A DNA stretch of 64,000 nt, from contig OX597819.1 in NCBI GenBank assembly GCA_951406725.2, positions 35,526,001-35,590,000 of the forward strand, given 5' to 3'. Shown one piece after another: positions 35,855-50,217 of this stretch. A program made the translations under genes and the position numbers. The stretch's first letter is position 1. Each line of letters starts with the position of its first letter. Source of the stretch: Octopus vulgaris. Lineage: Eukaryota. The notes under the pieces were generated by a model. It did not search any database and had not been told where the DNA came from. It worked only from the letters and a program-made list of their open reading frames with translations.

Positions 35855-38800
35855 ATGCTTAAATTAGGTTGTGTGAATGCGCGTGGCTTGGCGTCAGCTT
35901 GGAAGCAAGGTTACCTTCTAAACGACATCAAGTCACTGAACGTGGATATAGTAGCTATCAGTGAAACCAGACTCAGCAAGCCGCAAGCCCTCGCGTCCAT
36001 GTTTGGCGATCAATTCAACATTTATTTTTCTCCCTGTCTGCCGAACATGGGTGGTGGAGGTACCGCGGTGCTTTTTCGAAAGAGTCTAAATGTAAAAGTA
36101 AGAACAATATTCCTAGACCTGGAGGGTAGGCTGGTTGTCTTGGACGTGGATGGCAGAAATGGGTGTGCATTCCGTCTGATGGCAGTTTATGCACCGTCCT
36201 TAACGGGTTGGGCGGATTTCTTCAGACGTCTAGAGGTTTTCCTGTGTACATCTTGACCTTTACAGTTAGTAGGGGATTGGAACGCTACCTTGGACACGCA
36301 TCTAGACTATGTGGGAATGGATAGGAATAGAAGGGGGTGTAAGTGCCTCAAAGACCTACTCAGACGTTTCCATTTGTCTGACAGGTTCCGACTCGACCAT
36401 CCGAATGTGCCAATGTGGACTTGGACAAACCGCGTCGGATTGTCAAGATCTTATCTAGATAGAATTCTATGCAGGACAGTGGATAGGGATAGTGTAGGAT
36501 GTCCACAATTTAAAATAGTCAGCTACACAGATCACAAATTTGTGACGTGTATGCTCGACTTAGATAAGACACATAGACAGGGTTCCGGTTACTGGAAACT
36601 GAACACGTCGCTCTTAGCGCAACAGGTTTACAGAAACCGGATTAGCGAGTTAATTAAGAGGGCGTTGGCGGGAGCCGTCGTTAACAACCGCTGGTGGTTC
36701 GCCCTGAAAATGGCAATAAAATCGGAATCAATTAGGTTTAGCAAGGAATTAGCGATAGATCGAAATAGAGTAGAGGGAGACCTGGTTAAGAAACTAGAAG
36801 AAGCACTTACCACTGGCAGCGCAACCAACGTGCTGGCTGCGAGGATGGCCCTTGACCAACACCTCAACGCCAAACATGAAGGTTGTGTCGTCAGAGCTAA
36901 AATGCATGCCTTAAGGAACGAAGGGATCGAAGCTGCGTGAGAGGCCCGGATAGCGGAGGCGCAACGTGGAAACAGAGCCACCATTCGGTCTCTAATAGAT
37001 CAACAGGGATGCAGTTTACTCGAACCCGAAAGGATGTGTGAGGGCGTGTGAGGGCTTTCAACAGCACTTTGCTTGACTGTTTGGTGCGAGTGGTGGGTCG
37101 GAACGCGGGATGGATTTCAGTGCCTACCTGATCGACGTGCCGCGGCTCTCGGCAAGAGAAGCGGAGTGTTGTGAAAGTCCCATCACAGCCGCTGACGTGC
37201 AGGATGTGATGGTGGGCTGCGCGAGGGATAAGTCGCCTGGATTGGACGGTTTACCCTATGAGCTGTATTGTCAAATGCCAGACTTGTTTGGCGACCTCTT
37301 GACATCAGTCTACTGCAACTGGCAACAAAACGGGAGAATCCCCGGTTTCGTGAGCCGAGGTGCAGTGATGTTGCTGAAGAAAGACCCAAACAAGGGGAAT
37401 TTTATAGATAATTTCAGGCCCATCACTCTGCTCAACGCAGATTTGAAAATTTTGGCCAAAGTAATAGCCGAGAGGTTGGCGCTTGTCATTGGTAAACTGG
37501 TCGACAGGGTGCAAACATGCGCCGTGCCGGGCAGAACCATACATGACAACCTCCATCTGATGCGCTACATTGTGGCATGGGTGGGGCGCTGATCAATTTG
37601 GATCAGTCTAAAGCCTTCGATAGGGTCGACCATCGGTACTTGGCGGCCGTCCTCAGGGCGGCTGGCTTCAGTCCCGTCTTCTACGGTTGCATCGCTGCCT
37701 TGTATAGCGGCATCCGATCGGTGATTTGGGTGAACGGTCACCTGTCGAAACCGTTTGACATCACGCATTCGGTCCGTCAGGGGTGTCCCCTGTCGGCGCT
37801 TCTGTATGTATTGACTCTCGAGCCGCTACTGCGGAAGCTAGCGACACTGAGGGGCATCCCACGGGAACTGGGTTGCGGGACGAGCGTGTCGGCATATGCG
37901 GACGATGTCACCGTCATAGTGTTGAGCAAAAAACACATCCAGATGATAGGCGAGACACTAAGAAAATATGAAACAGTGACCGGAGCGAAAATTAACCCGG
38001 AAATGTCAGTGGGTTTGCTACTCGGCACCTGGAGAAGCAAGCCCATGCCGTCCGACTGCGATTCAGTAGTGGGACGCTGGACGGACGGACCAGTTAAATT
38101 GCTGGTTCAGTCCGGACCTACAAATGGATAAGAACTGGGACGAGATCACGAGTAGAGTGGTTGCTCTCAGCCAAACATGGGCCGAGAGAAAGCTGTCTCT
38201 AAAAGGTCGGGTGGAGGTGGCGAACGCGTACATCGCATCCGTCATCGATTACCGCCTGACCGTCGTGCCTTGTTCCAATGCCACCATCACCAAACTGGAA
38301 TGCATACTCTTCCGCTTCCTGTGGAAGGGTGGTGTTCTGATGGTGAGGAAGTCCATTTGCTGTCAACATCCGTTAAATGGAGGACTGGGCATGCCGTGGT
38401 TGATGATGCGCAGGCATGTGCTGAGACTGCGACATCTCTGGAACTTCATCGATGACAGTGAACAGGTGTGGGCGCCGTTTGTGAGGCACGCCTTCCCGCA
38501 GCTCGTCTCACTGACCGAGCTGCAAACGTGAATCAAGAAGAGACTGAAACTGGGTGATTGGCACCGAGAGTGTCGCCAAGCTCTACAGCAGCTCTGCTGA
38601 CCGGGGTCAAACTTGTGCAACTTACAAACAACTAAAGTGTTCTATAGAGGACTAGTGGAGGGGAGGTCCGACGACACACTCGGGGCAAACCTGGGCGTCG
38701 ATGAGAAATTCCTAACCCGCCTGTTCAGGACGACGTTCGGGCCGGGGTCTATGGATAACTTCCAGAAATCCCTGGCTTGGCAATGCTATCGAGACGCACT

Positions 38801-39275
38801 ACCTGTTCGAGAGAAGAGCTACAGGCACGGTTCGAAAACCATCACCGGACCGACCTGCCCGAGATGCGGTCAGAGTGACAAAACCGTTCTGCACGCACTT
38901 GTGCAGTGTCCAGATATTTCAGAGCTGTGGACCTTCGTCGAACAGCTGTTGTCGCGTGTAGGACAGGCCCACTTATCGGCCGAGTCTATCGTGAATATTG
39001 TTCCACCACCTTCCTTTAAACGGGAAGGGAAAACGGTTTTCATTACGCTGATGGCTATGGTGAAAGAATGTGTGTGGTGGACGCATTTGAAAGGACTGCG
39101 AACAAACACCTTCCTCTCTGGTCAGTCTCTCGTCAACTTTTTCAAGTACCACTTGAAAAGGAGGATGAGAATAGAGAGGAAGGCTTTGTTGAACGAATGT
39201 TTTAATAAAAAGTGGGTAAAAGTGGCAAAAATGGTCAGTATGAAAGACGACACTATTTTAAGCATAAATCTGTAA
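35855..39275 (+). pseudogene. LINE ORF2: APE endonuclease, reverse transcriptase, C-terminal zinc finger
   Basis: VNARGL, ISETRL, VYAP, GDWN, YLDRI, TDH; KSPGLDGLPYE, NFRPITLLNADLKILAK, KAFDRVDH, VRQGCPLS, AYADD; CPRC..H..C; several stops and frameshifts. Confidence 0.95.
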
Positions 39276-39554
39276 CCAAAAGAGACAACGAGAGGTAAGG
39301 CGACTTACTCATGTGTTCATTTTCGAACTGTCTGAGGTGACCTCGGTCTTTTTTGTAGGTTTTTCTTTCCAAGGCTACACCTAAACTGTGAACTTTATAT
39401 ATATATATTGCTTTCTTATACACCACAGATCCCTATTGATCGAACGTTTTTTCTTTGTGTGTCCCACCCATCCCACCTCGAAAAGAAAAAAACTCTACAT
39501 TGTATTTCGTCCATTTTTCTTCTGTGTTTAGCCCTGTGTGGCCACAATAAAAAG

Positions 39555-39555
<1 letters not shown>

Positions 39556-39620
<65 letters not shown>

Positions 39621-39629
39621 AGCTGTCTG

Positions 39630-39720
<91 letters not shown>
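39556..39720. repeat. (TCTA)n/(TCTG)n then (TA)/(TG) microsatellite, 3' flank of LINE
   Basis: Direct inspection. Confidence 0.95.
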
Positions 39721-39721
<1 letters not shown>

Positions 39722-39724
39722 ATG

Positions 39725-39990
39725 TATTGGTTGAGAGATCGTGCGTTCGAATCTCAGACCGGGCGATGTGTGTGTGTTTATGAGCAAAACACCTAAGCTC
39801 CACGCGGATCTGGCAGAAGGTAGTGGCGAAACTTCTGCTGACTCTTTCGCCACAACTTTCTCTCACTCTTTCCTCCTGCATCTTGCAGCTCACCTGCGAC
39901 GGACCGGCATCCCATCCAGGTGGGGAACCTATACACCAAGGAAACAGGGAAACCGGCCCTTATGAGCCAGGCATAGCTCGAGAAGGAACA
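39725..39990 (+). mobile_element. 5'-truncated tRNA-derived SINE
   Basis: B-box GTTCGAATCTC; GAGCAAAACACCTAAGCTCCA and CACAACTTTCTCTCACTCTTTC shared with 49645-49955. Confidence 0.65.
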
Positions 39991-41940
39991 AAAGAGAGAA
40001 CATCTCAGCTTCTCAATATCCTTGTTACCCCACCTCTTTCTCAGTCTCATGCCTCTTCCCTCAACTGTTGCTCATATTCAGTATTTGAACATGGGATGGA
40101 TCCTCCCTATATCTCCACCCCTATCGCTTTTGCACTCTCTCTTTGCTTCCCTTCCTGTTCATTCCCTGCTTCTCTTTCTAATAGCAACTACTCTGTTACT
40201 GTCATTCATTTTTTTATCATCTTATCTAAATTGCTCTCTCTCACATTTTTCTTTCCAGTGTAGTAGTTCTGTTTAAAAAAAAAAAAGCAGCCAATATACT
40301 CTAGAAAGTAGTCGCCCTTAGGGAACTCCTTCAGTCATAAAAACTGTTACAACTGAGAGATTGGAGCATGACACAATCATTTGATGAATAAGATCCTGTC
40401 AAACCAAACCAACCAATCAATGCTAGCAAGGAAGGCAGATGTAAAATGACTATGATGAAAATGATGATGATGAAAATGATGATGATGATGACAATGACAA
40501 TAACGACAATGATGATGATGACAACGTGTGTGTGTGTGTGAGCATGCATGCGTGTATATATATGAGAATGAGAGGAAGAGAGAGAGAGAGGAGGGATAAA
40601 GAGAGAGGAAGACAGAGAGAGATCTTTTGTTTTATATGCATATAATGGGAAATGATGTTAGGGTGCCTTTGGAAGTTAGATTTTTCACTAAACAGAAAAT
40701 CACAACAATATTTCTGTTTTCTTTTCAAAAATAGTCTTTCCAAAACTTCTCGTGTTTTACCGATACTTTTGATAAGTCTCATCAGATCTTGTGTTGCATC
40801 AATGCTATAAATGATTGAGCACTCTAAACAAGAAATCAGTACACAAAATATTTAATGGAATCTTGGGTAGAGAACCAGAACTTCAGTTTAACAGGAATAG
40901 GGGATTTATTATTAGTAGGAGCAGACATTGAATGAAGCCCCTAAATTGCTGGAAGTTGTTGATAGTTTCTATTATTCTGACACATGTACCATATCTAAAA
41001 TTGTTGCTAGCTTGCTGCCTTAATAATAATAATAATAATGATAATGGTAAATGCTGAAGTCCAGGCAGTAAACTCTTTGGGGAAACAAGCCTGCAAAAAC
41101 AATGGCAGATGCTAAAATGATGGTGGTAAATTTTTGGAGAAGTGACTGTGTGATATAGAGCCATATTGTCTTCTGGTAGTAACTGTTTGACCCTTTATTC
41201 ACATCGTTATGAAAGAAGTAGGGGATACTTCTTTCATGATCCTTTACTTAAATTTCATGTTAGACTCAAAATACTTCCATTTCCAGGACAGTACTATCGT
41301 TGTCTACACAAATGTTAGCCAAAAGAAGGCCATCTGGCTGATTGGTAGAGATTCACTAACACTGTAGTCTCTGGTCTGCATAAACGTTGTCTTCTCTCTC
41401 TGCATATTCTACCACTACTATAACAGTATTTGCTACTTTAAATTATTCGCCAGTTAATACCTCAACCCAAATGAACCTGGTAACTATCTTTTGGTTCATA
41501 CACTCTCTTTCCACATTAGCCATAATGCTCATTCCTTGTCTCCAGGGTCTTGAATACTCTCTTCATCCCCAGTTACGAGACTTCAATTTTAAGATGTTTA
41601 AGCTGAACACAATCCACATCAGTCTAACCAGTCTGACAGGACTTGCCACTGTCCTATCTTTCTGACTAACACCATACAAAAAAGATGAACTAATTTATGT
41701 CGGAGAAGAAGGTTGTACAGCTAGTATAGTAATGGTAGTATCCATATTTAAAAAAGGAATGGAAGTCATTTAGAGAAGCTATTAGCTCTGTTGACATTAA
41801 ATAGTTTCACCGTCTGGAAGGTAAAGAAGTGACGTGATATGTTGTGACATGCCAATATTGAATACAGACGCTGAAAAGAAATGAATAGAGATTGAAACCA
41901 TTATGTGTTACTTAAATGTGGAAGGCTAGGTGTAAATTGT

Positions 41941-42705
41941 GAAGGCGCATGGCTCAGTGGTTAGAGCGTCGAGCTTACGATCGTGAGGTTGTGAGTTCAA
42001 ATCCCGGAACGGGCTGCGTGTTGTGTTCTTGAGCAAGAAACTTTATTTCACATTGCGGATCTTTTCGGTTTGAACAGCAGTTTTTTCTAGCGGTGTCATA
42101 TGAAATTGTCATCCATAATTATGACCCTAGTATCGATCTATTGCATTTCAATCTATTTTAGAGTTAGGGTTGGTTAGGGTTAGGGGTGGGGGAAGGGTAT
42201 CTTTTTTTCTTTACAAATGTAAATAAACCCAATCTGTTTCTTAAACGAGGGACATATTCATACGGCACAGAATGCTTTTTTTTACCGTAATAGACGTCAC
42301 TGATTGGTTGAAATTGCAGAAATTGAAAAACAACAAATATCTTACAAACTATAGAATTTTCTCAATAAAGCCAAGAGAAAAAGATGTTTTATAAACACAT
42401 TCTAACAGTATACGAAGTTTAAAATTTTTTAGTTACCTAGAAATTATTTTAAAAACTGCCGTTCAAACCGAAAAGATCCCACGTTGCTCCAGTGAACTCA
42501 GCTGTAGAAATGAGTTGCGACGTCACAGGTGCCAAGCTATATCAGCCCCTTTCCCATTCCCTTGGATAACACTGGTGGCGTGGAGGGGGAAGACCGGTAT
42601 GTATGGGCGACTGCTGGTCTTCCATAAACAACTTTGCTCGGATTGTGTCTGGGAGGGTAGCTTTCTGGGTGCAATCCCACGGTCAGTCATAACCGAAGGG
42701 GGTCT
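41941..42705 (+). mobile_element. tRNA-derived SINE interrupted by MITE copy 4
   Basis: GGCGCATGGCTCAGTGGTTAGAGCG A-box, GAGTTCAAATCCC B-box, TTCTTGAGCAAG motif. Confidence 0.8.
42057..42479 (+). mobile_element. MITE copy 4 (GGATC TIR family)
   Basis: Same TIRs; TSD CACATTGC/CACGTTGC (7/8); internal TTAGGG repeats. Confidence 0.92.
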
Positions 42706-43434
42706 GAGTAGAGGTGTAAATATACTAAAAGAGGCACGAGAGATAACTGTATTACTGTTTGCAATAGTTATCTCCCATTTAATTTCTTTTTTGCGAGGAG
42801 CTACTCAAGGGAAACAACTGTTGTTTTATTCTTAGCAGTCACGATATATATTTGAAACTAAAGCTAGCTCTTGTGGAGGGCTCTTCATTGTGCTTTGGGC
42901 CCAACGATGACATTTCATGCTTTGAGTACATATTGAATTTTATTAAACTTGACCAATATTTTTCAAGAAATGAACAATTTTCATCAAAGCAGTGATATAA
43001 TTTGTCAACTTGGAACTTATTACAAAGCTGAATGATAAACATTTTTTTGTCTTCCCATTCAGGGTCAGTTCCATTTTTTTTATATTTAACCTCTATCTTT
43101 CTTTCTTTCTTTCTTTCTCTCTCTCTCTTTCTTTCTTTCTCTCTCTCTCTTTCTTTCTTTCTCTCTCTCTCTCTTTTTGTTGATTGTTTTCAACCATCAC
43201 CATCACCAGTACCACCACCATCATCACCACAGTTGCCATACACACACCATTCAGACTTCTGACGCCACCACTGTCAATACCTTTGACTTTGCCACCTTCC
43301 CCTCCACCACCATCACCACTGTCTTTCACATGGCTTACTATCACCGTGATCCCTGACCACCTCGGCTACCACCACCACCATATAAACTTTCCCCAAAAGA
43401 TATTTTATTAAACAAACAGAATGTAAATTGTTAA

Positions 43435-43544
43435 CCCATTAGCATTTAAACAAGCCACTTTGGGAAAATGTCTTCTGCTAAAGCCTTTGGCCAACCAAAG
43501 CCTTGTGAGTGGATTTGGTAGATGGAAACTCAAAGATTCCCATC

Positions 43545-43602
<58 letters not shown>

Positions 43603-44009
43603 ATATGCATCTATGTGTGTGTTTGTTTCCCCACCATCGATGTTGGGGTGTTTACGTTCCTGTAACTTAGTGGTTTGGCAAAAGAGACTGCTAGAATAAG
43701 TACTAGGCCTCCAAAGAATAAGTCCTGGGGTTGATTTCATTGACTAAAACCCTTTAAGGCAGTGCTCCAATATGGCTGCAGTCCAATGGCTGAAACAAAT
43801 AACAGAATAATGAAGTATCTGGCAAAAATATTCTACCTGTTTTATGTTCAAATCATCTAGATCTGGCCTGTCACACTTATGTTACTATGCTATAAAAATG
43901 ACCAGTCACATCATTGAAATCTTGCTGCTATGGGATAATGCAGGATTAATTCAACTCAATGTGAATAAATAAGCATTACATTTGACAAAGAAAGCTGAAT
44001 GCTAAAGGG
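43435..44009 (+). mobile_element. piggyBac-like MITE family A containing a CORE-SINE (~43455-43810)
   Basis: TTAA-CCCATTAGCATT ... AATGCTAAAGGG TIRs. Confidence 0.65.
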
Positions 44010-44159
44010 GTGAACAATAGTTTGTGACTTTATACAGTGAAACAAAGATAAAATAACAACTTCTGAATCCACACATGAGGCCACATAATTTCCAGATTTT
44101 CCTGTAATATTTCATCTTGTGCATGTACATTTTATGAATACTTGTGTTTGTTTGTTTAA

Positions 44160-44781
44160 CCCTTTTGGTACCAACCCGGCCAAAACCGCCTCTGGCTCTG
44201 TAATACAAATGTCTTGTTTTCTAAAGGTTTGAATTAAAATCTTCCACCAAACCTTAGTCACAATTTATGATCCCAACACTAGCTTAATGTTAACTAAGTT
44301 CTTTTACTAAATTCTTTGTTATATCTAAAACTAGCAGTATCGCCCGGCGTTGCTCGGGTTTGTTAGGGAAATAACTATATAAGCATTTTTAGAGAGTTAT
44401 AGCCAAAAAATAGCAAAAAAAAATACATTAAAAATGGAAAAAAAATTATGGTAAATTTTTTTTAAAATCGTTGACTCATCATAGACATTTTTAGAGAGTT
44501 ACTTCCCTTATATAATAGCGAAAAAATGCATTAAAATGGAAAAAAATGATGGTAAATTTTTTTTTTTAAATGGTAGACTCATCGTAGACGCGCGCTAATA
44601 CCTAGAAGGGCTCGATATGAATCACGACTATAAGATACCCGGTTTTGGTTAAACTGCACTGCAAAATGTGGGAGTAGTTAGGAATCTAAATCGTAGGAGA
44701 CAGACACACAACTTCACTTTTATATATAAAGATTAATTGAATGAAACAGAGCATCTCAAAATAAATACGCTAACAAAAAGG
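44160..44781 (-). mobile_element. piggyBac-like MITE family B containing a Helitron
   Basis: Reverse complement of 20312-20533 once 44331-44732 is removed; TTAA on both sides. Confidence 0.85.
44331..44732 (-). mobile_element. Non-autonomous Helitron
   Basis: Minus strand A|TC ... CCCGAGCAACGCCGGG hairpin ... CTAG|T, no TSD. Confidence 0.88.
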
Positions 44782-45239
44782 TTAAAGATTTACACACATA
44801 GGAATCTTCATATAGTCTAGGATGAAATTAGTATGAAGTTATTACTGTAAGGTACTGAACTTTCCAAGCGACACAATAACTAATTCATTTAATTTATTTT
44901 GCAAGATTCTTGATGTGAAATTGTAAGTTGAGAAAGATGATGTCGTACATTTGCCAAGAAAAACCCATGCACTAGTTCTGTTTCCCTGCTTATTATTATC
45001 ATTATCATTAACCAACAAATGAAATAATTAACCATGTAACTATTCAAATTTTTGATTGATCATTCAATCAGTCAATCAGTTAATTGCCTTCTAAGAATTC
45101 TTTCATCACTGGTGGTGGTGGTGGTGTGAGGAGGTTGCCTTTTGTTATCGAAATTAAGGTAGAAGGGACAGGCAAAGCTAAGGTATTAATAACATATTAA
45201 TCATAGAAATATTTTGTATGAATTAGATGGTAGAGCCAA

Positions 45240-45742
<503 letters not shown>

Positions 45743-46109
45743 GCATATACTGGGGTCAATGTAACTGAGTGTCCCCTCCCCTCCCCTAAAATTTCAAGCC
45801 TTGTGCCTATATTTCAAGGAATTATTAACACGGTGAGCTGGCTGAATTGTTAGCATACTGGACAAAATAGTTTGTGGAATTTCTTCTGATTTTACATTCT
45901 GTGTTCAAATGGTGTGTATGTATATTACATATGTGTATGTGTCTCTTTGTCTTGTTAGTATACAATAGATGTATTGTTTCTGTCACATTTCACAAGTCCC
46001 ACATATAGTCTTTAGAGAAAATATGTCAAAGACCACGTGAGAATTGTGTGTATGTCTGTGCAAACACATGCACATATTTATATATGTCTATATGTATATA
46101 TATATATGA

Positions 46110-46160
<51 letters not shown>

Positions 46161-46189
46161 TATGTATATCTATCTATCTATACATATAT

Positions 46190-46550
46190 ACTCTTACTCT
46201 TTACTCTTTCACTTGTTTCAGTCATTTGACTGCGGCCATGCTGGAGCACCGCCTTTAATCGAGCAACTCGACCCCGGGACTTATTCTTTTGTAAGCCCAG
46301 TACTTATTCTATCAGTCTCTTTTGCCGAACCGCTAAGTGACGGGGACATAAACACACCAGCATCGGTTGCCAGGCAATGCTAGGGGGACAAACACAGACA
46401 CACAAACACACACACACATATATATATATATACATATATACGACGGGCTTCTTTCAGTTTCTGTCTACCAAATCCACTCACAAGGCTTTGGTCCGCCCAA
46501 GGCTATAGTAGAAGACACTTGCCCAAGCTACTTACCACACAGCCACTCCT
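46190..46550 (-). mobile_element. CORE-type tRNA SINE (deletion in head)
   Basis: Reverse complement of the 6273-6610 family. Confidence 0.85.
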
Positions 46551-46986
46551 CTATATGTGTATATATATATATATATTATTTGAGGGAATAAAATCCAAAC
46601 TTACAAGGAAAAAAATTCAATTTAGAAATACTAAATCAAATTTCACACAATATATTATTATTTTTGCAATTTACTTAATATTTAAATGTTATTGCTATTT
46701 TAACTTTAACTTTTCTATTATATGTAATTTTCTAGATGGTGTAATTTAATTGTTCATTTTGAATTGATAAAAGGTGTTTTTCTTCTAATTTTATATATAT
46801 ATATATATATATATAAATATATATATATATGTGTATATTGGCATTACTGCTAGGGAGTCGGCCGTATGCTAGAAAATATACACATATATTAGAATTTTCT
46901 CTGACTTCTCAGATTTTTTGTATGCTGGACTACTGGTTTTAAATTGATATTAAAATTAATATTAATTTATCTCCCTCATTATTTAA

Positions 46987-47029
<43 letters not shown>

Positions 47030-47397
47030 AGCTGTCCACTCATGATTGAGGAAACCCATCCCTGACTATTGCTCATGCAAAATGCCAGCAATGCCTGTCC
47101 ATGGGGTTATTGCACTTCTGGTCTGTTTCACCCAGGTTCATGCCTGCAGCTTCCAAGCTCATTGTGGCACCCTTCTATTTGATCAGTCATTGAAAAGTCA
47201 CCTTGCCATGATCTCAAAGTGCAAGCAAAAGGTCCCCAAAATAGTCAGTGCCATTCCCTGCATATCTGGTTATATATGAGAGTGAACTTCTCCTAGAAAT
47301 ATGTTTTAACAAAAGCTGAGATATACTTGACTTGCAATGGTCAGCCAGCATTTTAGAGACCAACTTGGAATTTCTGAGGGCCTGTGCTATATATGTG

Positions 47398-47448
<51 letters not shown>

Positions 47449-48186
47449 GTGTATATATATATATATAGACACACACACATACATAGTAATATGTAAAGGT
47501 AAGATTCAAGGATCAGAGTCTTGGAAGTGCATAAGCTTTGAGCAGTCTGTATAGTGTATAAAAAACAACTTTCAGAAACAAAAATGGTTTATTGATGTAA
47601 AAAGTTGTCAATTTTTCCCATATCAAAGTTCGATGAGCTGAAAAAAGTTATTTTAGGGTTCATGGTTAGCAGCTGGGGTTGCTGTGTATGCAGATAAAAA
47701 TCCCAAATTTTCGATCAAATCTCTTGTGAGTTAACATGGGATCCCTTGATGACAATGTAACTTTCATTTGACTACGGTATCTTTGGGGCCCAACAAGTAG
47801 CTAGCAGATTACCTCTGGTTTGGGTAATTGCTACTTTCGAGGTTCTGCTTGCAAGGAAACATATGTAGCCCTGAATTTTATCTATTCTATTCCTTAATTT
47901 TAGATTGCACACACGCACACACACACATACACATTTTCTGTAACTTCTATAGGAGACATACAAATAGCGCAAATTATGTAGATTTAATCTAAAAAATAAA
48001 AAAAGCTTATGAATAACTCGTTTTGAATGTTATTGAATTTTCTTCAAAGAATGTCTACATCATTTGACCAATCCCAAATAATAAAGAAAGCAACCTGTTT
48101 GTATAGACAACAAATCCAGTCACTTCAGAGAACTGGAGCAACTAATTTGCATACTATAAGAATTTAGCAGAGTGCATGTGTGTGTC

Positions 48187-48589
<403 letters not shown>

Positions 48590-48667
48590 GATACACACAC
48601 ATGTACTCCACTAAATTTTTATACCATGCAAATTAGTTGCCCCATTTCTTTGAAGCAACTGGATTTA

Positions 48668-49120
48668 TCTATTATATAAAATCTGTTCTGTCTGTCTGTG
48701 TGTGTGTCTTCTAGGATCTCAGGCATCCTCCATCCGATTGCGCTCAAATTTGATATGAAGATCCTGACGGTACCAGGGCGTGTATAAGTCGATTCCAGGT
48801 GAGAATGCGATCGATAAAGCCGTGGGAACGTGCATTTGTGCATTTGTGCATTTGTGCGTGCAAGTACATCAGCTGTTGTGATGTACTTACTGGTACTTTA
48901 AACTCTTTGGTTGCATATTTGTGTGAATAAAATCATATTTCTTTGGAATAGAAAAAAAGTCTATCTTTATTTCTTCTTTTGCTGGTGTCTCAAATTTAGG
49001 TTAAATCAGTGTTTCTAAAAAGGGAGGCCTATGGGACGGTCAAAAAAGTTGTTTTGAGAAAATTTGGTTTAAATGTTTGACAACTCAGCACCGTCGATTG
49101 GATGGGTGGCGTTTTGCTCG
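48668..49120 (+). mobile_element. Helitron-like non-autonomous element, copy 1
   Basis: A|TCTATTATATAAAA..CTGTCTGTCTGTGTGTG start, CTCG|T end; repeated at 49180-49539. Confidence 0.6.
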
Positions 49121-49179
49121 TTACTTATATAAACAGATTGGTTACTTATTTATCTGGGATTGGTCAAATGATGTGAATA

Positions 49180-49539
49180 TCTATTATATAAAATCGTTCT
49201 GTCTGTCTGTGTGTGTGTCTTCTAGGATCTTGAGCATCCTCCATCTGATTGCGCTCAAATTTGATATGTATAAGTCTTGAAAAAATTATAAAAATCGATT
49301 CCAGGTGAGAATGCGATCGATAAAGCCGTGGGAATGTGCATTTGTAAAATCGTTTTTCTTGGAATAGAAAAAAAGTCTATCTTTATTTCTTCTTCTTTTG
49401 CTGGTGTCTCAAATTTAGGTTAAATCAGTGTTTCTCAAAGGGGAGGCCTATGGGACGGTTGGACAAGTTGTTTTGAGAAAATTTGGTTTAAATGTTTGAC
49501 AACACAGCACTGTTCATTGATCGGGGGGCGTTTTGCTCG
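49180..49539 (+). mobile_element. Helitron-like non-autonomous element, copy 2
   Basis: Same termini as copy 1, different internal deletions. Confidence 0.6.
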
Positions 49540-49550
49540 TATATATATGT

Positions 49551-49635
<85 letters not shown>

Positions 49636-49644
49636 TATATATAT

Positions 49645-49955
49645 GCGGAGGCGCAATGGCCCAGTGGTTAAGGTAGTGGACTCGCGGTTGTAGGATCACG
49701 GTTTCAATACTCTGACCAGGTGTTGCGAGTGTTTATTGAGCGAAAACACCTAAAGCTCCATGATGCTCCGGCAGGGGTTGGTGGCGATCCCTGCTGTACT
49801 CTTTCACCACAACTTTCTCTCACTCTTTCTTCTGTTGGCCTGCTCGCTTAGCCAGTGGGGTGGCATCATTTGAAGGCTAAAACAATGCGAAGCACATTGT
49901 GACTAGTGATGTGTAGCAACATCTGATAGCCTGATCGGTCACGGTGATCACGGTG
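49645..49955 (+). mobile_element. tRNA-derived SINE
   Basis: GGCGCAATGGCCCAGTGGTTAAGG A-box, GGTTTCAATAC B-box-like, (CACGGTGAT) repeated tail. Confidence 0.7.
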
Positions 49956-50075
49956 ATATATATATATATAATTAATAAAAAAACAGAGAGAAAAGGACAA
50001 CAAGAAAAAAATAATAATGCGAGGACGTGGTACAGGCAAAGTATTAATATGATGCCCAGAGAAAGAAAGAAAAGG

Positions 50076-50112
50076 TGTATTACGTTTCAAACAAAGCTCT
50101 TCTTCAGAAACA
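50076..50112 (-). ncRNA. Minimal hammerhead ribozyme motif in a (TA)n-embedded remnant (~49968-50167)
   Basis: Minus strand TGTTT-CTGAAGA-A-GAGC-TTT-GTTT-GAAACGTA-ATACA; stems weakened. Confidence 0.55.
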
Positions 50113-50163
50113 GGAGACAGGGGAAAGTCCAAGAGAAAAGGAAGACAGTCCACATGTGGTTAC

Positions 50164-50217
<54 letters not shown>

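Larger units (their letters stand above)
30928..39555 (+). mobile_element. Near full-length Tx1/L1-clade non-LTR retrotransposon, inactivated
   Basis: 5' UTR, zinc-knuckle ORF1, APE-RT-CCHC ORF2, 3' UTR with AATAAA (39546-39551); microsatellite on both sides. Confidence 0.88.

Noticed and set aside
41941-42015. tRNA gene
   Set aside because: Continues into a SINE body and lacks a proper acceptor stem
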